Program-made: the position numbers and the translations under genes | Notes under the pieces: generated by a model | The model's database searches: none | What the model was told of the DNA's origin: nothing | What the model saw: only the letters and a program-made list of their open reading frames with translations | Source: Octopus sinensis | Taxonomy: Eukaryota | Direction: 5' to 3' | Assembly (NCBI RefSeq): GCF_006345805.1 | Contig: NC_043008.1 | Span: 30,938,001 to 31,002,000 of the forward strand | Length of the DNA: 64,000 nt | Shown: one piece after another, positions 39,284-52,515 of the stretch | Position numbering within the stretch: the stretch's first letter is position 1 | How the letters are laid out: each line of letters begins with the position of its first letter

Positions 39284-41139
39284 CTTACTAAATGCACAAT
39301 TAACACTAAAAATACTTTCAAAGCTTACACTGACATAACTTCTCTTTCAAATTTCAGTGTAACTCATACACTCTTTCAAGAACATAAACAAAAAACCTAA
39401 CTAAGGAGTTAAAAGAGATAGCTAAATCTTGGAAACTAATTTGGAAAATTTGTCAGAAGTCAACCATTGCCGATGATAAAGAAAATACTTGTGATTTTGT
39501 GCACTAGAGAGAGCCCGGAATTACTTATCGCCACAGATCGTATCTTGAAGCCTATCTTGAACGAAAAGACACGTTCTTGCATCAACAGAACATTCAGACC
39601 CGGTGAGCATTTTCAACCAGTTAATTACCTCCATCGATAAATCCTTCTCCTCTGGATTATTTTCACTTTACTCTTCCGTTCCAATACAATTCATTAAACC
39701 CAATCTTATATCTAGTCATAATTTTCTATGACTAGATATATCTAGTCATAATTTTCTAGGCACTCTGTTCTTGAACTTTAAATATCTACAAGTATTTATC
39801 TGTAAGCTTACAATGATTTTATTTTGATTTACTTTCAACATTTACTACTACTTTTGATTATCTCAACATTCCTTCCATACACATTTTGATCTTGTTTCTC
39901 GTTAATTCATCTACTTTTACCTTTATCTCCACATTCACAATCCTTATAATATTAAGAATTTTACATTCTTCACATATCTCCCATAACTTACTTTTATCAG
40001 TTCTTTAATACCATTCTAATCATTAGTACATCACAGCCAGCTGGAATCTATTTCTATTATCTTTATGTCACATAGTTTCTATTATTTCGTTCTGTCATTC
40101 AGTTCTTTATGGCATTCTTAAATGATTTTCATTCTCTTTTTACTGCTTCCTCAATTAACAGATATAGTATAGAATCTATGAACATTTTAAATATTAATAC
40201 TCCAAATTATTTTATTATGTTTTTACTCCGGTTTCATTTTATTTTATAAACATAAATTAAATTGAATAACCATTTAATATTAAAATAATTTTCATAATTA
40301 ATCGAATATGTATATTCTGCTTATTCTTTTTAGACCTTACTTGATGATAACTCATTGCACGCATCTTAAAATAAATCAGCATATTTTAGTTATTCCTCTT
40401 CTCACTGTTTGAATCCCAATTAGTCCATTTACCTAGCAGAAACTAGTCGACCCTTCTAATATTAATGTTTTTTACCCATTATCAAGGAATGCTTTGTATA
40501 CTCCACTTCCATATCGCATTTACTTAAACTATCCATATTATTTCTTTCATATTATACTCTAATTCCCCAAGGAATAACTTTTTATCAGAATATATCCATT
40601 CCTCCCATTACAATAACATGTGGCGTCCGACTTAAGCTATAATTAGCAGCAAATCTGTTTCTTATTTATTTCTCCTAACATCTATTAGCATCGTTTAATC
40701 TCACTTTATTTCATATATCTCCTTTTATTTCATACAGTGATTCCGAAGCATTCTTAGCTTACTTCACTTAAGTCCCTAACATCTATAAGAATGCGCATAA
40801 ATTTATTCATTCTTATATACTTCATGATCTTATCGTCTTTTTCATTCTTTAGATTATTCCACAGTCATTACTTGACAATAGTTTTCTCACACCTGCTCCA
40901 CTGATCTCAAATGATGAAACTCTCTCTCTTCCACTTTTCTCTGTACTTTCTCTATGCTTCTTGACACTATAAATTTCTGAACTTCTTTCATTAGCCCACT
41001 ATTTGACAAATTCACCTTTTGAAATAGAACAAATAAGGTATTCATAAATTTTGTTTTCTATTAAACCCTGAAAATGTGTGCGTGCGTGCGTGTGTGTGTT
41101 TATATAGTCATGGATGTATATAAGTAAATAGGTAGATAG

Positions 41140-41283
41140 TAAAGTAGGTAGGTAGGTAGGTAGGTAGGTAGGTAAGTAGGTAGGTAGGTAGATAGGTAAG
41201 TAGGTAGGTAGGTAGGTAGGTAGGTAGGTAGGTAGGTAGGTAGGTAGGTAGGTAGGTAGGTAGGTAGGTAGGTGGGTAGGTAG
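41140..41283. repeat. (TAGG)n microsatellite
   Basis: Direct reading. Confidence 0.95.
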
Positions 41284-41370
41284 GCATCTGTGTGTCTACG
41301 GAGTCGTGCATATATATATTCATGTATGCACAATTTATATTATATATATATATACAAATATTATTATTAC

Positions 41371-41770
41371 AGGCGTAGGAGTGGCTGTTTGGTAAGTAGC
41401 TTGCTTACGAACCACATGGTTCCGGGTTCAGTCCCACTGCGTGGCACCTTGGGCAAGTGTCTTCTACTATAGCCTCGGGCTGACCAAAGCCTTGTGAGTG
41501 GATTTGATAGACGGAAACTGAAAGAAGCCCGTCGTATATATGTATATATATATGTGTGTGTGTGTGTATGTTTGTGTGTCTGTGTTTGTCCCCCCAACAT
41601 CACTTGACAACCGAAGCTGGTGTGTTTACGCCCCCGTAACATAGCGGTTCGGCCAAAGAGACCGATAAAATAAGTACTAGGCTTACAGAGAATAAGTCCT
41701 GGGGTCGATTTACTCCAGCATGGTCACAGTCAAATGACTGAAACAAGTAAAAGAGTAAAAGAGTAAAAGA
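41371..41770 (+). mobile_element. CORE-like tRNA SINE, best-preserved copy
   Basis: A-box-like TGGCTGTTTGG, B-box-like GGGTTCAGTCCC, CORE-like ACCTTGGGCAAGT, internal TA/TG tract, and tail TGACTGAAACAAGTAAAAGAGTAAAAGAGTAAAAGA. Confidence 0.9.
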
Positions 41771-42185
41771 CATGACAAAGGCTACGAAACGGCCGTAATT
41801 CTACACATATCGAATTGTGAAATATATTCACCTTTCATACCTCCTGGCTTGTTTGGTATATACACTCCTCATGAAATAATTTCAAAGATGTATGTATTTA
41901 TATATATATATATAGCTTTAAGCAATGGCGAATTAAAAACAAATATGTTAAGCGTACTCAAGTGCATGATTACCATCGAAAATATGTGTCATCGTCCATC
42001 AGACCATGGGTTAATATTTAGGAATACCTATTTAGGACCACTGCTGCTCACCCTTCATGGGGAGAAGTTACCGGAAACATTTCCTAAATACTATGTAACC
42101 TGCTTTAATCTGACTGAAAATGCGCATCTTGGAGGTTCATCCATTAGTGGATGCACTAGTAAAACGAAAATGAGAATATAGTTGG

Positions 42186-42397
42186 TTTCAAATTTTGGCA
42201 CAAGACCAGAAATTTTGGGGAAGAGTAAGTCGATTGCATCGACCCCCAGTACTCAACTGGTACTTCCTTTATCGATCCCTATAGGCTAAAAGGTAAAATC
42301 GACTTCAGTAGAATTTGAATTCAGAACGTGAGGACGGACGAAATGCCGACAAGTATTTAACCCTGCGTGCTAACTATCCTGCCTGCTCGTCGCCTTT
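42186..42397 (-). mobile_element. Meta-domain-like SINE, diverged
   Basis: GTCGATTGCATCGACCCC...CTGGTACTT...GAATTTGAATTCAGAACGT, reverse of the 9518 family. Confidence 0.75.
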
Positions 42398-42899
42398 ATT
42401 ATAGTTAATTATTGAAATTTGTATTGTGACGATTTTACAAGACCATAAATATTCATAATTATCTGAACGACTAACAGCTCGAGTCTCTTGTGAATTTTGA
42501 AATTACAATGTAAGATATTGCCAGAATAGCTTGAGCAAGCAATCTAATGTAGAAATACAAAGATTGCGCCTTCGTCTAGAAAGGAAACCAACTACACATG
42601 GAATTTAAAATTCTATTAATTTCTGTGAGTGAACATGTTAACTTCGAATATTTTTCTTTTAGTTTATCTCTATGATTTGTGCTTATGCTTCAACAATTGT
42701 GGATATTAATAAAAAACATAGTCGTCACTTCATTTAGTATTACATTCTTTTTATCAAGCTTCACAAAAAAATTATTCTACTTGAGACTCTAATGTTCCTA
42801 TTGGAACATGGCGTATTTAAATACAGTGGAAATATGCTGCTACTTCTGAAATTTTGGGAGTCGAATTCATGATAGTAAGCAAAACTACAAGGATGCATC

Positions 42900-44020
42900 T
42901 CTGTTCAAAAATTGAAATCTAATTGATTTGTTATTACGCGAAAAAAAGATATATCAGGTGTACACTGTAGTAAATTAATACGATCTACTGATGTCTGACT
43001 AATCACAAAATGGTTCTAACGAAATGAAAAATTAAAATAAAACATTCACTCAAACTCTATCATACCGCTTGAAGGAGGAAATAGAATATTAAACCTCTTT
43101 CAGACTTTATGGTATTAACAATTATTGGACAACCTTAAACAAAAAATTTGTAATCAATCAGTCTATGAGATCTCAACTGAAGAGGAGTGGAGTATTTTTC
43201 AATCAGTAGTACTTGATACTGCAGGCGAAAATCGTGGCTCACTTCAAAAATAGAAACTAGATTAGTTCGATGAAAGCGACAATACAATGAAAGGACGGAC
43301 TAAAAAAAAGCGAAAGCTAAACTTTGACAAAATGAACAATCTGAATTTCAAAGTCAGAAGACAGATTTTATTTTGAAATCAAATCAGAAGCGCAATGAAG
43401 ATGTAGATATATGCAGAATCAATAGTAGTTTGACAGAACCAAAGAAATACTAGACTACGAAAACTAGAACCAATCAAGATATATCTTCCAATTCACTCAA
43501 AATGTTTTTTGGCCCACAAAAATAAGAACATTGCCAATTAAATTGGTAGATGGAAATCTAGCTCTAATCGAAGAAGATTCTATACATGAAGAGATGGCAA
43601 GATCGTCTCAAAACTTTGCTTAATCGTTCATCCAATGTATCACCTGAGTGCATTAGCAAAATTTCACAACAAAACTTTTCTGTATATCCGGATATTGCTC
43701 CCTCACCACCAAAATAAATATGCTGGAATAGATTAAATTCAAGCGGAACTTGTCAGATATGAGAGTCAATCCTCCTCACTAGGATTCATTATCTCATCCA
43801 ACCTTGAGAACAAGATGAGGTAATTATAGATTTGAAAAATGTTACCAATGTAACAATTTTCATAAAGAATGTGCACAATGAAGAGACTATTGAGGTATCT
43901 CCTGCCTCTCGTTTTCTAGAAAACTTCTCAAAACGTCTTCTTAATGGACTGAATGTAGATTTCGATCAGCTTCTGAAATTACCAATATGGTCTTTACCTT
44001 ACAACAGACCCAAGAAAAGC
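42900..44020 (+). mobile_element. RTE-clade LINE relic (tether region to RT start)
   Basis: Broken frames give EEEWSIFQSVVLDTA...D*FDESD...RWQD...LLNRSS...AGID*IQAEL, matching the WFDEND / RW-x-E-x-F-x-x-LLN / G-x-DGIPAE pattern of RTE ORFs. Confidence 0.55.
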
Positions 44021-44310
44021 GTTCAGAACGAAGTCCTCCTCTAAATACAGTTTCCTAAGATGTGGGCAAACGCCAGTCTTTTCTTAGTGAGGAGAATCCG
44101 ACTTATTGCAATATCTTCATGTGACTTGTTACCGGTTACATATCCGTTACTTTTTCAAAATTTCATCTATAATTTATGATTATAATAATTATTACGTAAC
44201 TTCGAGCTTCCTGAAGCAGTTGTCGAGTTATGCAATTACATTTTTATCTTATTTTGTACTTTTATATAATTATGTAAATATAATTATATCAAGCCTGTGT
44301 TTATCTCTAT

Positions 44311-44348
<38 letters not shown>

Positions 44349-45825
44349 CGTGACAAAACAACATCTGAATTTGTGAATTAGTGACGGAATATTAGCGGGG
44401 AAGCTATGAACTCCGAAATTCACCCTGAAGGATAAATTTGATTTCTACAGCAATCTTTTGAGGTAAGAGGGCTCCAATATGGATTCTACAATCAGTAAAT
44501 GCATTTTATATGGAGGAGTTGATCTTCGGTATTAACTAATTGTATTCTTATAGCCGCATATAGGATAAAAATTCTGTTTATAAAGCACCTTTAATGGTGA
44601 GCCGTTCAGTGACTCTTAGTGCCAAATTTCGAGTAGTGGAATTTTAAAATGAAGCCCTCAATCTTTCCATTCCATGAGTCTTATGAGATTAATAGATGCT
44701 GTCAAACTCCAAAGGAATAAAATAAAATAATTTAGTTAAAAATATTTTATGAGTGAAATATTTAGGTACCAGACTACATATGAAAATGATGTACTAACAA
44801 GTAGCAGGGTTAGGAGTAAGTTTTATATAAAAGATAAGGCAAGGTTAAGATAAATTTTGTAAGATAAAACGACAAAATATAGTTGCAGATTCCTGAAACA
44901 ATATTACTTATCTTTTGTTGCTGTTTCTAAGAAACTTTACTTTTGCTCACGCATCTAATTAACTTCGGATGAGGCAAGAATGTCATAAATCCCCTTCTTT
45001 ATTCTAAGTTTAGTAGAGCCTTCCCTGCAGATAGTGTCTACAAATTGTTTCTAATTCACGTTGCATTAAAATTATTTTGATTACCAATTAAGTTTCTATA
45101 ATCATTAAGTGTGCTTTAAGCCATTTAATGTTAATTATTAAATGGATTATGTCCCTGAATCATTGAAGTATATGTATCTATGTATTTGTGTATGTCCATA
45201 TATGTAAGTGCATATATGTATGTGTGTATGTTAATTCACATATATGTTAATATATAAATGTGTGTGTGTGTGGTGTGTGTGTGTGTGTACGTTTTGTGTA
45301 GAAACAAAGGAAAGGTGAACTCAATTCATAGCTGAGGATTCCTATTAATTGAAAAACAGTGAATTCACTCCAGCGCTGATAGCTTCAAAGAGTCACATAC
45401 ATTAGTTTTGTTACCGTGATTGTTTACAGGAATTTTGTGAAACACTACGAGAGATGTGAGTTCCAGAATTGCACCTGTAAAATCGGTAACCTTCAGTCAC
45501 ATGACTGAACTTGTTGGTCAGTTGATCCGATTCTCTGGTCACATAATTGTATAGAGTGCGCTGAAGGAATTCTGGGATGTCAGGCCACCAAACAGACTGG
45601 AACTAGCTTAGTCGATTTTTTAAAGGTGACAGAAAAAAGACTGTAAAAACATCGACTTTCAGTGGCTGAGTTGCCTTCTCCTACCATACTCAACCACTCA
45701 TATGTCTGTCTATGTTTGTACGTGGAAGTGTATAGATATATGTATGTCTATATATGTATATATATATATACAGGGAGAGAGAAAGCAAGATTATTTTCTT
45801 CCACACGGGTAGAAATATATGAAAA

Positions 45826-46768
45826 ATAGAAGTTGAAAATGCGCTGAGAAAAGTTAAAACATTTTTTATTATTATAGTTAAAAATTAACCGGTTTCACAG
45901 TTTACACTCATTTTCAAAAATTTGAAATAAAAAAAACGTGACTTATGTCACAGCTGGTTTGCTTCTTACTAGTGTTTGAAGCTACCTTATTTTTATAGGG
46001 AGTTCATGGCTCAAATTAGTATATGTTTTGAAAGGGCTTGACCTGTGGCGGATAGTCACATGACAGGTCTTAGAAATGTTCGTAGGTTCTCTGCTACGTC
46101 CGTGTGTTAGTATCAAGTGACAATGTTTAGCGTCTTGACACGGTTGACTGAACAAGTCTAGTGGTAGTACTACACACTCAATGCTCTGAATCATTTGTCA
46201 AGTGTTTGTAGAGAATGAACACGTGATTAAGTTTAGAACATTCTGTATGTCTCCTGCTACGTCCGTGCGTTAATGTCATGTGGCAGTATATTTTACTCCT
46301 AAGATGAAGGCTGACACGGTTGAGTAAACATGTTTAGTTACAATCAAAGTACTCCCAATAAAATGTGTCTCGTGAGACAGCAGACAGGAGTTGTTTGTAT
46401 GTAGTCCAGTAGCTCAAGTCTAAGTTGTTAGATGTGTAAGTCCCTCGTGTTAAGTGGCTAAACATTTCACTTGATACTAATACACGGACGTAGCGGGGAA
46501 TCTACAAAAATTTCTAAGAGCAGTCATGTAACTATCCTCTACCAATCAAACCCTATTCAAAACACATACTAATTTGAGCCATGCACTCCCCATAAAAATA
46601 GAGCAAGCTTCAAACACTAATCAGATACAAAACAGCTGCGACACGAGCCACGTCTTTCTATTTCAAATTTTTGAAAATCGATGTAAACTGTGAAACCGAT
46701 TAAATTTTTAAATATAATGATAAAAATATTTTAACTATTCCCAGTGCATTTTCAAGTTCTATTTTTTC
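45826..46768. mobile_element. Inverted pair of PLE-like pLTRs (~300-bp diverged arms)
   Basis: 45826-46130 is an imperfect reverse complement of 46457-46760. Each arm has TTGAAAAT...GTAAACTGTGAAACC followed by an AT-rich tail. Confidence 0.65.
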
Positions 46769-47119
46769 TTTACATTATTTACATTTGACGGATATTTGTC
46801 CTCATCTTGTTTGTTGTTGACACAACGTTTCGGCTGATATACGCGCCAGCCTTCGTAAGATGTCTTGGAGAAGTTTCGAGCCTGGGTTCTCATTCCTAAG
46901 GTATTTTTTGATGTTGTTGTTGTTATTATTATTATTGTTATTATTATTATTCAGATCACTGTCTGGAATCGAACTCGGAATATTAGGGTTAGTAGGCCGC
47001 GCTCTTAACCACTAGGCCATATGCATGTGGGCATATGGCGTAGTGTCCTCAAGCAAGATGCGGACAATATCTGTCAAATGTAAATAATGTACATAATTCC
47101 TCATCTCTTAAATATAGAA
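46769..47119 (-). mobile_element. tRNA-headed short element with hammerhead-like PLE-type tail, partial inverted copy and 12-bp TSD
   Basis: The - strand carries A box TGGCCTAGTGG, B box GAGTTCGATTCC, an (AAT)n linker and a hammerhead-like motif at 46819-46864. TTCTATTTTTTC occurs at 46757-46768 and 47120-47131. Confidence 0.8.
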
Positions 47120-47147
47120 TTCTATTTTTTCAGTTTTTCATATATAT

Positions 47148-47183
<36 letters not shown>

Positions 47184-47635
47184 ATCCAATGAAGAGAAGA
47201 AGGCAAAGAAAATTCTTTAACACATCTTTAATTATAAGTTATAATTGTTTCTGTACCATCTCTATTTGCAACGCCGGTTTACGCAAAAATTCTAAACGAA
47301 AATTCACGTAATGTTTTTGGTTTTAGACATTAAAGAGACACTTAATCAGACTTGCATGAAAGGTCTGTTGTCACATTGTGCGTCCTTCAGACGTTGTTGT
47401 CTGGCAGATATCGGGAGGAAATAAAAAAGAAAAGTGTGGATATACGGTGTGTAAATAGAGTAGAGACTATGTAGTGGTGGGGAATAAAGAGGCAGGATAC
47501 GCATAAGAAGAGGAAGAAGAAGGGGGAGGGCTGGAGGAAAATGAGTAGAAGAAGACGAAAGTGAATGAGGAAAAGAAGAAGAAAAGGAAAAAATACACAC
47601 ACATACATACACATATCTACCTACAAACATAGACA

Positions 47636-48046
47636 TAAGAGATAATGGTGTCATTGAAACCCAAAGGTGTCAGGTAATGCTTAATAAGTGCTATAGACAG
47701 ACCATAGTTAAGTTCCAGATTCGGTAATTTTGCGAATAAAATGTTCAACGTTGGTTCTATGTCAGCGTGTGTATATAAGAATATTTTGCATAATAAGATA
47801 AAAGAAACCAAGGATCTGTAGATATTAGAACATTTATAGATAGAAGGCCTTACAGCTGTTTCTAGGATATTCATTAATTATATCCTTTCATTGGAGACGG
47901 TGTGAGCGTATACTCTCACACCGTCTCCGATGAAAGGATATAATTAATAAATATCCTAGAAACAGCTGTCAGGCCTTCTATCTATAAATGTTCTAATATC
48001 TACAGATCCTTGTTTTTTTTATCTTATTACGCAAAAAATTCTTATA
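47636..48046. mobile_element. PLE-like pLTR with spacer-less fold-back (arms ~47774-47910 / 47911-48046)
   Basis: Palindrome centred on GTA|TAC. Both arms contain a hammerhead-like motif. A second family member lies at 52229-52515. Confidence 0.75.
47923..47974 (+). ncRNA. Type I hammerhead-ribozyme-like motif (U4C variant)
   Basis: GTCT-CCGATGA-A-AGGATAT-N9-ATATCCT-A-GAAAC-AGCT-GTC-AGGC. Stems I and II can pair, stem III is palindromic (ACAGCTGT), and the triplet is GUC. Activity is untested. Confidence 0.5.
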
Positions 48047-48429
48047 GATATATATATGTGTGTGTGTGTGTGTGTGGTGTGTGTGTGTGTGCGTGCGAGT
48101 TAACATGGGCTCCCTTGACGACAATTTAACTTCCATTTGACTAAGGTAGCTAGCGGTTTACCTCTCGTTTTGGTAATTACTACTTCCGGGGTTCTCCTTG
48201 CTAGGAAAATATGTAGCTTGGATTTTATCTACTCCATTCCCTAAATTTGAATTTTTATTCGCATACACAGAAACCCCAGATGCTAACTGTGAACTATAAA
48301 ATAACTTTTTTCAGCTTATCAAACTTCGATATGGGAAAAATTTCCAACCTTCTACTTCAATAAATATTTGAAGGAACATTTTTCATAAAAGATTTGAAGG
48401 AAGATTTTTCATAAAAGTTATTAACTACT

Positions 48430-48960
48430 TTAAAAAGTCTTAGAAAAATAAAACGATACGAACGTTTGGGAAGGAATTCTTCGTATTGTGTGTGTCAGCG
48501 GTTTCGTCATTTCCTTTTTCAAACCCACGTATAATGGAGCAATCTGTATAAAGAGAGTTATCTTTAACAGTGATGTTGAGTATTTCCAGTTTACTTTCGG
48601 ATTTAGAATTCTTATAAAATATTCTTTTTGCATTTCGTAGCTAATCACTTTTTACTTTGAAGGGGGAATGTTTTGAGTTTTCCACTTTAAAAAAATGACT
48701 ATAGGGAATATTTCTAAACGACGAGCTCTTAATTTGTTGTTTATGCACTCACTCTCACATGAAGACTTTCATTTTGATCCTTGTTAGAACGATGTAGTTC
48801 TCATTGCATTGGTAGCATGTGAAGCAGAAGATGATATTTTTGGTTTGCAATTTGTGATTGCATTAAACTTCAATTTCTTCTCATTCTTCAATCTGTTGAT
48901 CGTTCCCTGATCAACTGTTATCTACATTATTTCTTCTTCAATGTGAATTTCACCTTTGTT
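48430..48960 (-). mobile_element. Penelope-like GIY-YIG endonuclease relic and start of pLTR
   Basis: The - strand gives TNCKPKNIIFCFTCYQCNENYIV...VHKQQI...KEYFIRILNPKVN. Confidence 0.7.
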
Positions 48961-49344
48961 AGGAGTCTTTTGAGATTTGGTCTTGTCTTTGGCCGATGAT
49001 AATTTGTGATTCTTGAATTATTTTCGGTGAGTTGATAAACTTTCTGAGATTGATAGATCTATGATAGGTAGGCAAACAGACAGACAGATAAGCAGGCAGA
49101 TAAGTAGATAACATAAATAAGTAAAGAGAAAAATAGACAGATGTTACATTCACGATTAAAGACGAGTTTGAGTTGTTAATTATCTATAAGTATTCGTAGA
49201 ATATGCGATTCTCTAGTGGTCAAATAGACCGAACATATGTCTGGCTGGCCTTTTTCTCTAAACATATTTGAGTGTGTGTGTGTGTGTGTGTATGTGTGTT
49301 CATCAAATGAGGAATGGAAGGTCTTTCCCAAAATATAGGACTAT

Positions 49345-50470
49345 AAGGCTCATATTGCTTCAACTGTTCCTCTTGTGGCTCGCTATATGTTGGACAGTCT
49401 GGCCGCCGTCTAACTGACAGATTTATGAAATATTTATAAGAAATTCACCTCCAAAAAAGAACACCGTCGCCCGTCATTTCTGTTTGACCAACCGCTCCAC
49501 CGAACACCTCACTGCCTTCGTCCCGGGCTTAAACTACAGAACCACAACCTCTAGACTTCTCCAGGAGCAACGGTATATTTTCCGACTATGAATTCATACA
49601 CCGGTTGGACTTGACATCCCCTCTCCTTCTTGTAAATGCTTCTAACTTTCTTTTCTTTATCATTCTCTTTTCCTCTGCTGAGCTTCTTTCTCCCTGCACT
49701 TATCTTCCGCACACTAACATATATAACTTACACGCCACACACAACATAAATATCCACTGCGCGTGCGCGCACACACACACGTTTACATATTGTTCGTACA
49801 AAATCTCCTAAGCCGTATCGAAATACACGCACATACATTTTCATACGCAAAAACACGCGCAAAACATACATACATACATGCGCACACACATCCGTACACA
49901 CATACTCACACATACACTCATGCGCACACATACACAAACACGTACGTACACACACAACGACACCTACGCACTTTCACATACATCGGCTGGACTCTCGATC
50001 CCAATACTATTCCTATTATATTCTACTGTTACTAACTTGTTAGATTCACTCTCTCACACTAAACACTCAGACAAAAACAAACACATATACTACCATCATA
50101 CGTAGCACTCTCTAATATAAACACACATGACTCGCATCCCACACGTAACAAATCACATATATATTTCACACAAACAAGTTTCTCACACAAAGACACTCTC
50201 ATAAACACACAAGCACACACACGCACGCACAACACACACACATACATACAACAAACTCAGTAGCTATTTTTGTACTCTCCACACTCTCTGTCTTATTCTA
50301 GCTTCCGGTCATTTATTTTTCGGCGCTTTCTCCTTTTTTTCTCCTCTCTAGATTTTTACCTCTTTCCGACGAAGAGCCATGCACGAAACATCATTTTAAC
50401 TCCTATTTTTTCCACCTGAAACTTTCACTGAACAAAATCAGTTTCGCCTCTATTAATTTTTGTTCATTTA
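49345..50470 (+). mobile_element. Penelope-like (Neptune-type) GIY-YIG relic, CA-rich spacer and hammerhead-like motif
   Basis: YCFNCSSCGSLYVGQSGRRLTDRF...RLLQEQRYIFRL. CCGACGA-A-GAGC-CAT-GCAC-GAAAC occurs at 50366-50389. Confidence 0.72.
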
Positions 50471-50656
50471 CCTCTATTTATTTTGATTTGCCTATATATA
50501 TGTATGTATATATATATGTGTGTGTGTGTATGTGTGTGTGTATGTATATGTATATATATATACATATATACATGTATGTATATGTATATATATATACATA
50601 TATACATGTATGTATATGTATATATATATACATATATACATGTATGTATATGTGTG

Positions 50657-50703
<47 letters not shown>

Positions 50704-51514
50704 CAGTAATTAACATTACATAGCTAAAAGCGAATGAAATGATTAAATAAGATAAATGATTAAATGTGAGCGCATGTATTTAAATATATGTTTGTCTATA
50801 AATCTATATACACATATATATTCACACATACATATATACGCATACACACATATGTTAGTGTCTATATATGTATCTTGTAGTGTTTCAAAAACGGATTTTC
50901 TTAATTCGTTTTGACCACTTATCTCATAACTTCCAATCTACGTTGTTAGCTCAGCAGGGCGATCTTTGCAAATCACACCCACAAATTATTTCTACTTCTC
51001 ATTGAAATAAATTCATTTTAATTGCCTTTTAAGCTGACTAAAATCTTAATTAACCCTTGCGTATGCTTTCAGCTATTTAATATTAATTATCATGTAGATA
51101 GTATCCTATCCATCTATATATGTGTGTGTGTGTGTGTGTGTTTATGTGTGTGTGTATATGCGTGTGCGTGTATGTGTATAGACGATTATACATATTGGTA
51201 TATATCGAACCACGTATGTTCATATAACTACTTGTTTGTATTTTTATGTGTGTTGATGTGTGTCTGCGTCTGTGTGTGTATTTGTGTGTGTGCGCGCGCG
51301 TTTAAGTCTAGACGGTTATGTGTTACTAACAGAAGAAAAAGAGAACTCAATACTTGAATTATAATATTGAGTGTAACATTTAACGGAAAGAGAGATATCA
51401 ATATCAATATATATATATATATATATATATAAATGTATGTATATATATATACTTGAAAATAAATGCGTGGTGTTCAATTAAACAATAATTAGTAAATGAT
51501 ATAACTATATATGC

Positions 51515-52140
51515 ATATATGGGTACAAGACATCGCCAACATTTCAAACAACATGAAATACGCATAGAAACGGGTTAAATACATAAACAACAAGTAAAAA
51601 TGGAAAACAGGACAAGTAAACACAGAGAAAGGATCCTTCATCAGTTGTAGGCTGTCTATCTACTCCTCATTTCGAGCATTCAACAACAATATGAGTCTTC
51701 AAAAACAGTTTCTCCCATAAATTCTAAAATATAATTTAGGATTTGTGGATGGTCAAAGTTGGGAACAAAAACATGACAGTGGAGACATACAAGGAAACCG
51801 AACGAAAACAAACACGGAGGGTCGTTATAACAAAACGGGGGGAAAATAGTGGGCTCTGTGAGAAATATCTTTTTTTCTTCTTGAAAAGAGAAAAGATGGA
51901 AGAGGGAGAGAAAAAACGTCCGTTCTTTAGAACGTCCTTGCAAGAAAAGAAAGATGGTCACGTGAGGAACACTGGGGACATGTGAGCAACGAGAGAGAGA
52001 AAAAAAAAGATAACAAGAGGTGAGAGAGTGAAACAGATAAAAACGGTGAAGGAGGGAGGGGAGAAAAGGAATTAGAGAAAGATGGAGAAAGAAAACAGTA
52101 TAGAGAAGAGGGTCGCATCAAAAAGGTGAAGATAAACTTA
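51515..52140 (-). mobile_element. Unclassified repeat, probably a PLE 3' end; second partial copy at 52543-52732
   Basis: Direct-repeat similarity (CCTTCATCAG...CTGTCTATCTACTCCTCATTTCGAGCATTCAA...AATATGAGTCTTCAAA) between the two loci. The - strand has CTGATGA and TGAAGA...CGAAA motifs. Confidence 0.5.
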
Positions 52141-52228
52141 CTTGGCAATGGATGTGTGGCATTCAATTGAATAATAAAAAGTAAATAATATATAATATAT
52201 ATGTGTGTGTGTGAGGGTGTGTGTGTGT

Positions 52229-52515
52229 AAAATATTTTTTCCGTAATGAGATAACCAAAAACCCAAGGCTGTGTAGATTTTAGAACATTTATAAATAGAA
52301 GGACCTTCTATTTATAAATGTTTTACAATCTACAGACCCTTGGTTTTTTATCTCATTACGGAAAAAAAAATTATATACACACGCTGATATATGATCTAAG
52401 GTGGACCGCTTATTCGCAAAATCACCGAACCTGGAACTTAACTATGGTCTATCCATAGCACTTATTCTGCATTACCTGACACCTTTGGGTTTCATTGACA
52501 CCATTACCTCTCATA
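52229..52515. mobile_element. Second copy of the 47636 family, with a shorter fold-back centred at 52303
   Basis: TAGAAGG-A-CCTTCTA centre with ~70-bp arms. 52375-52515 is the reverse complement of 47636-47773. Confidence 0.8.

Noticed and set aside
39650-41030. Long strand-skewed (T/C-rich) stretch suggesting an ancient minus-strand LINE
   Set aside because: No unambiguous RT or endonuclease motif could be read. It needs a translated profile search.
46957-47024. Possible tRNA gene (apparent ACT anticodon loop)
   Set aside because: The acceptor and anticodon stems do not pair properly, and it is embedded in a TSD-flanked element. Treated as a SINE-type head.
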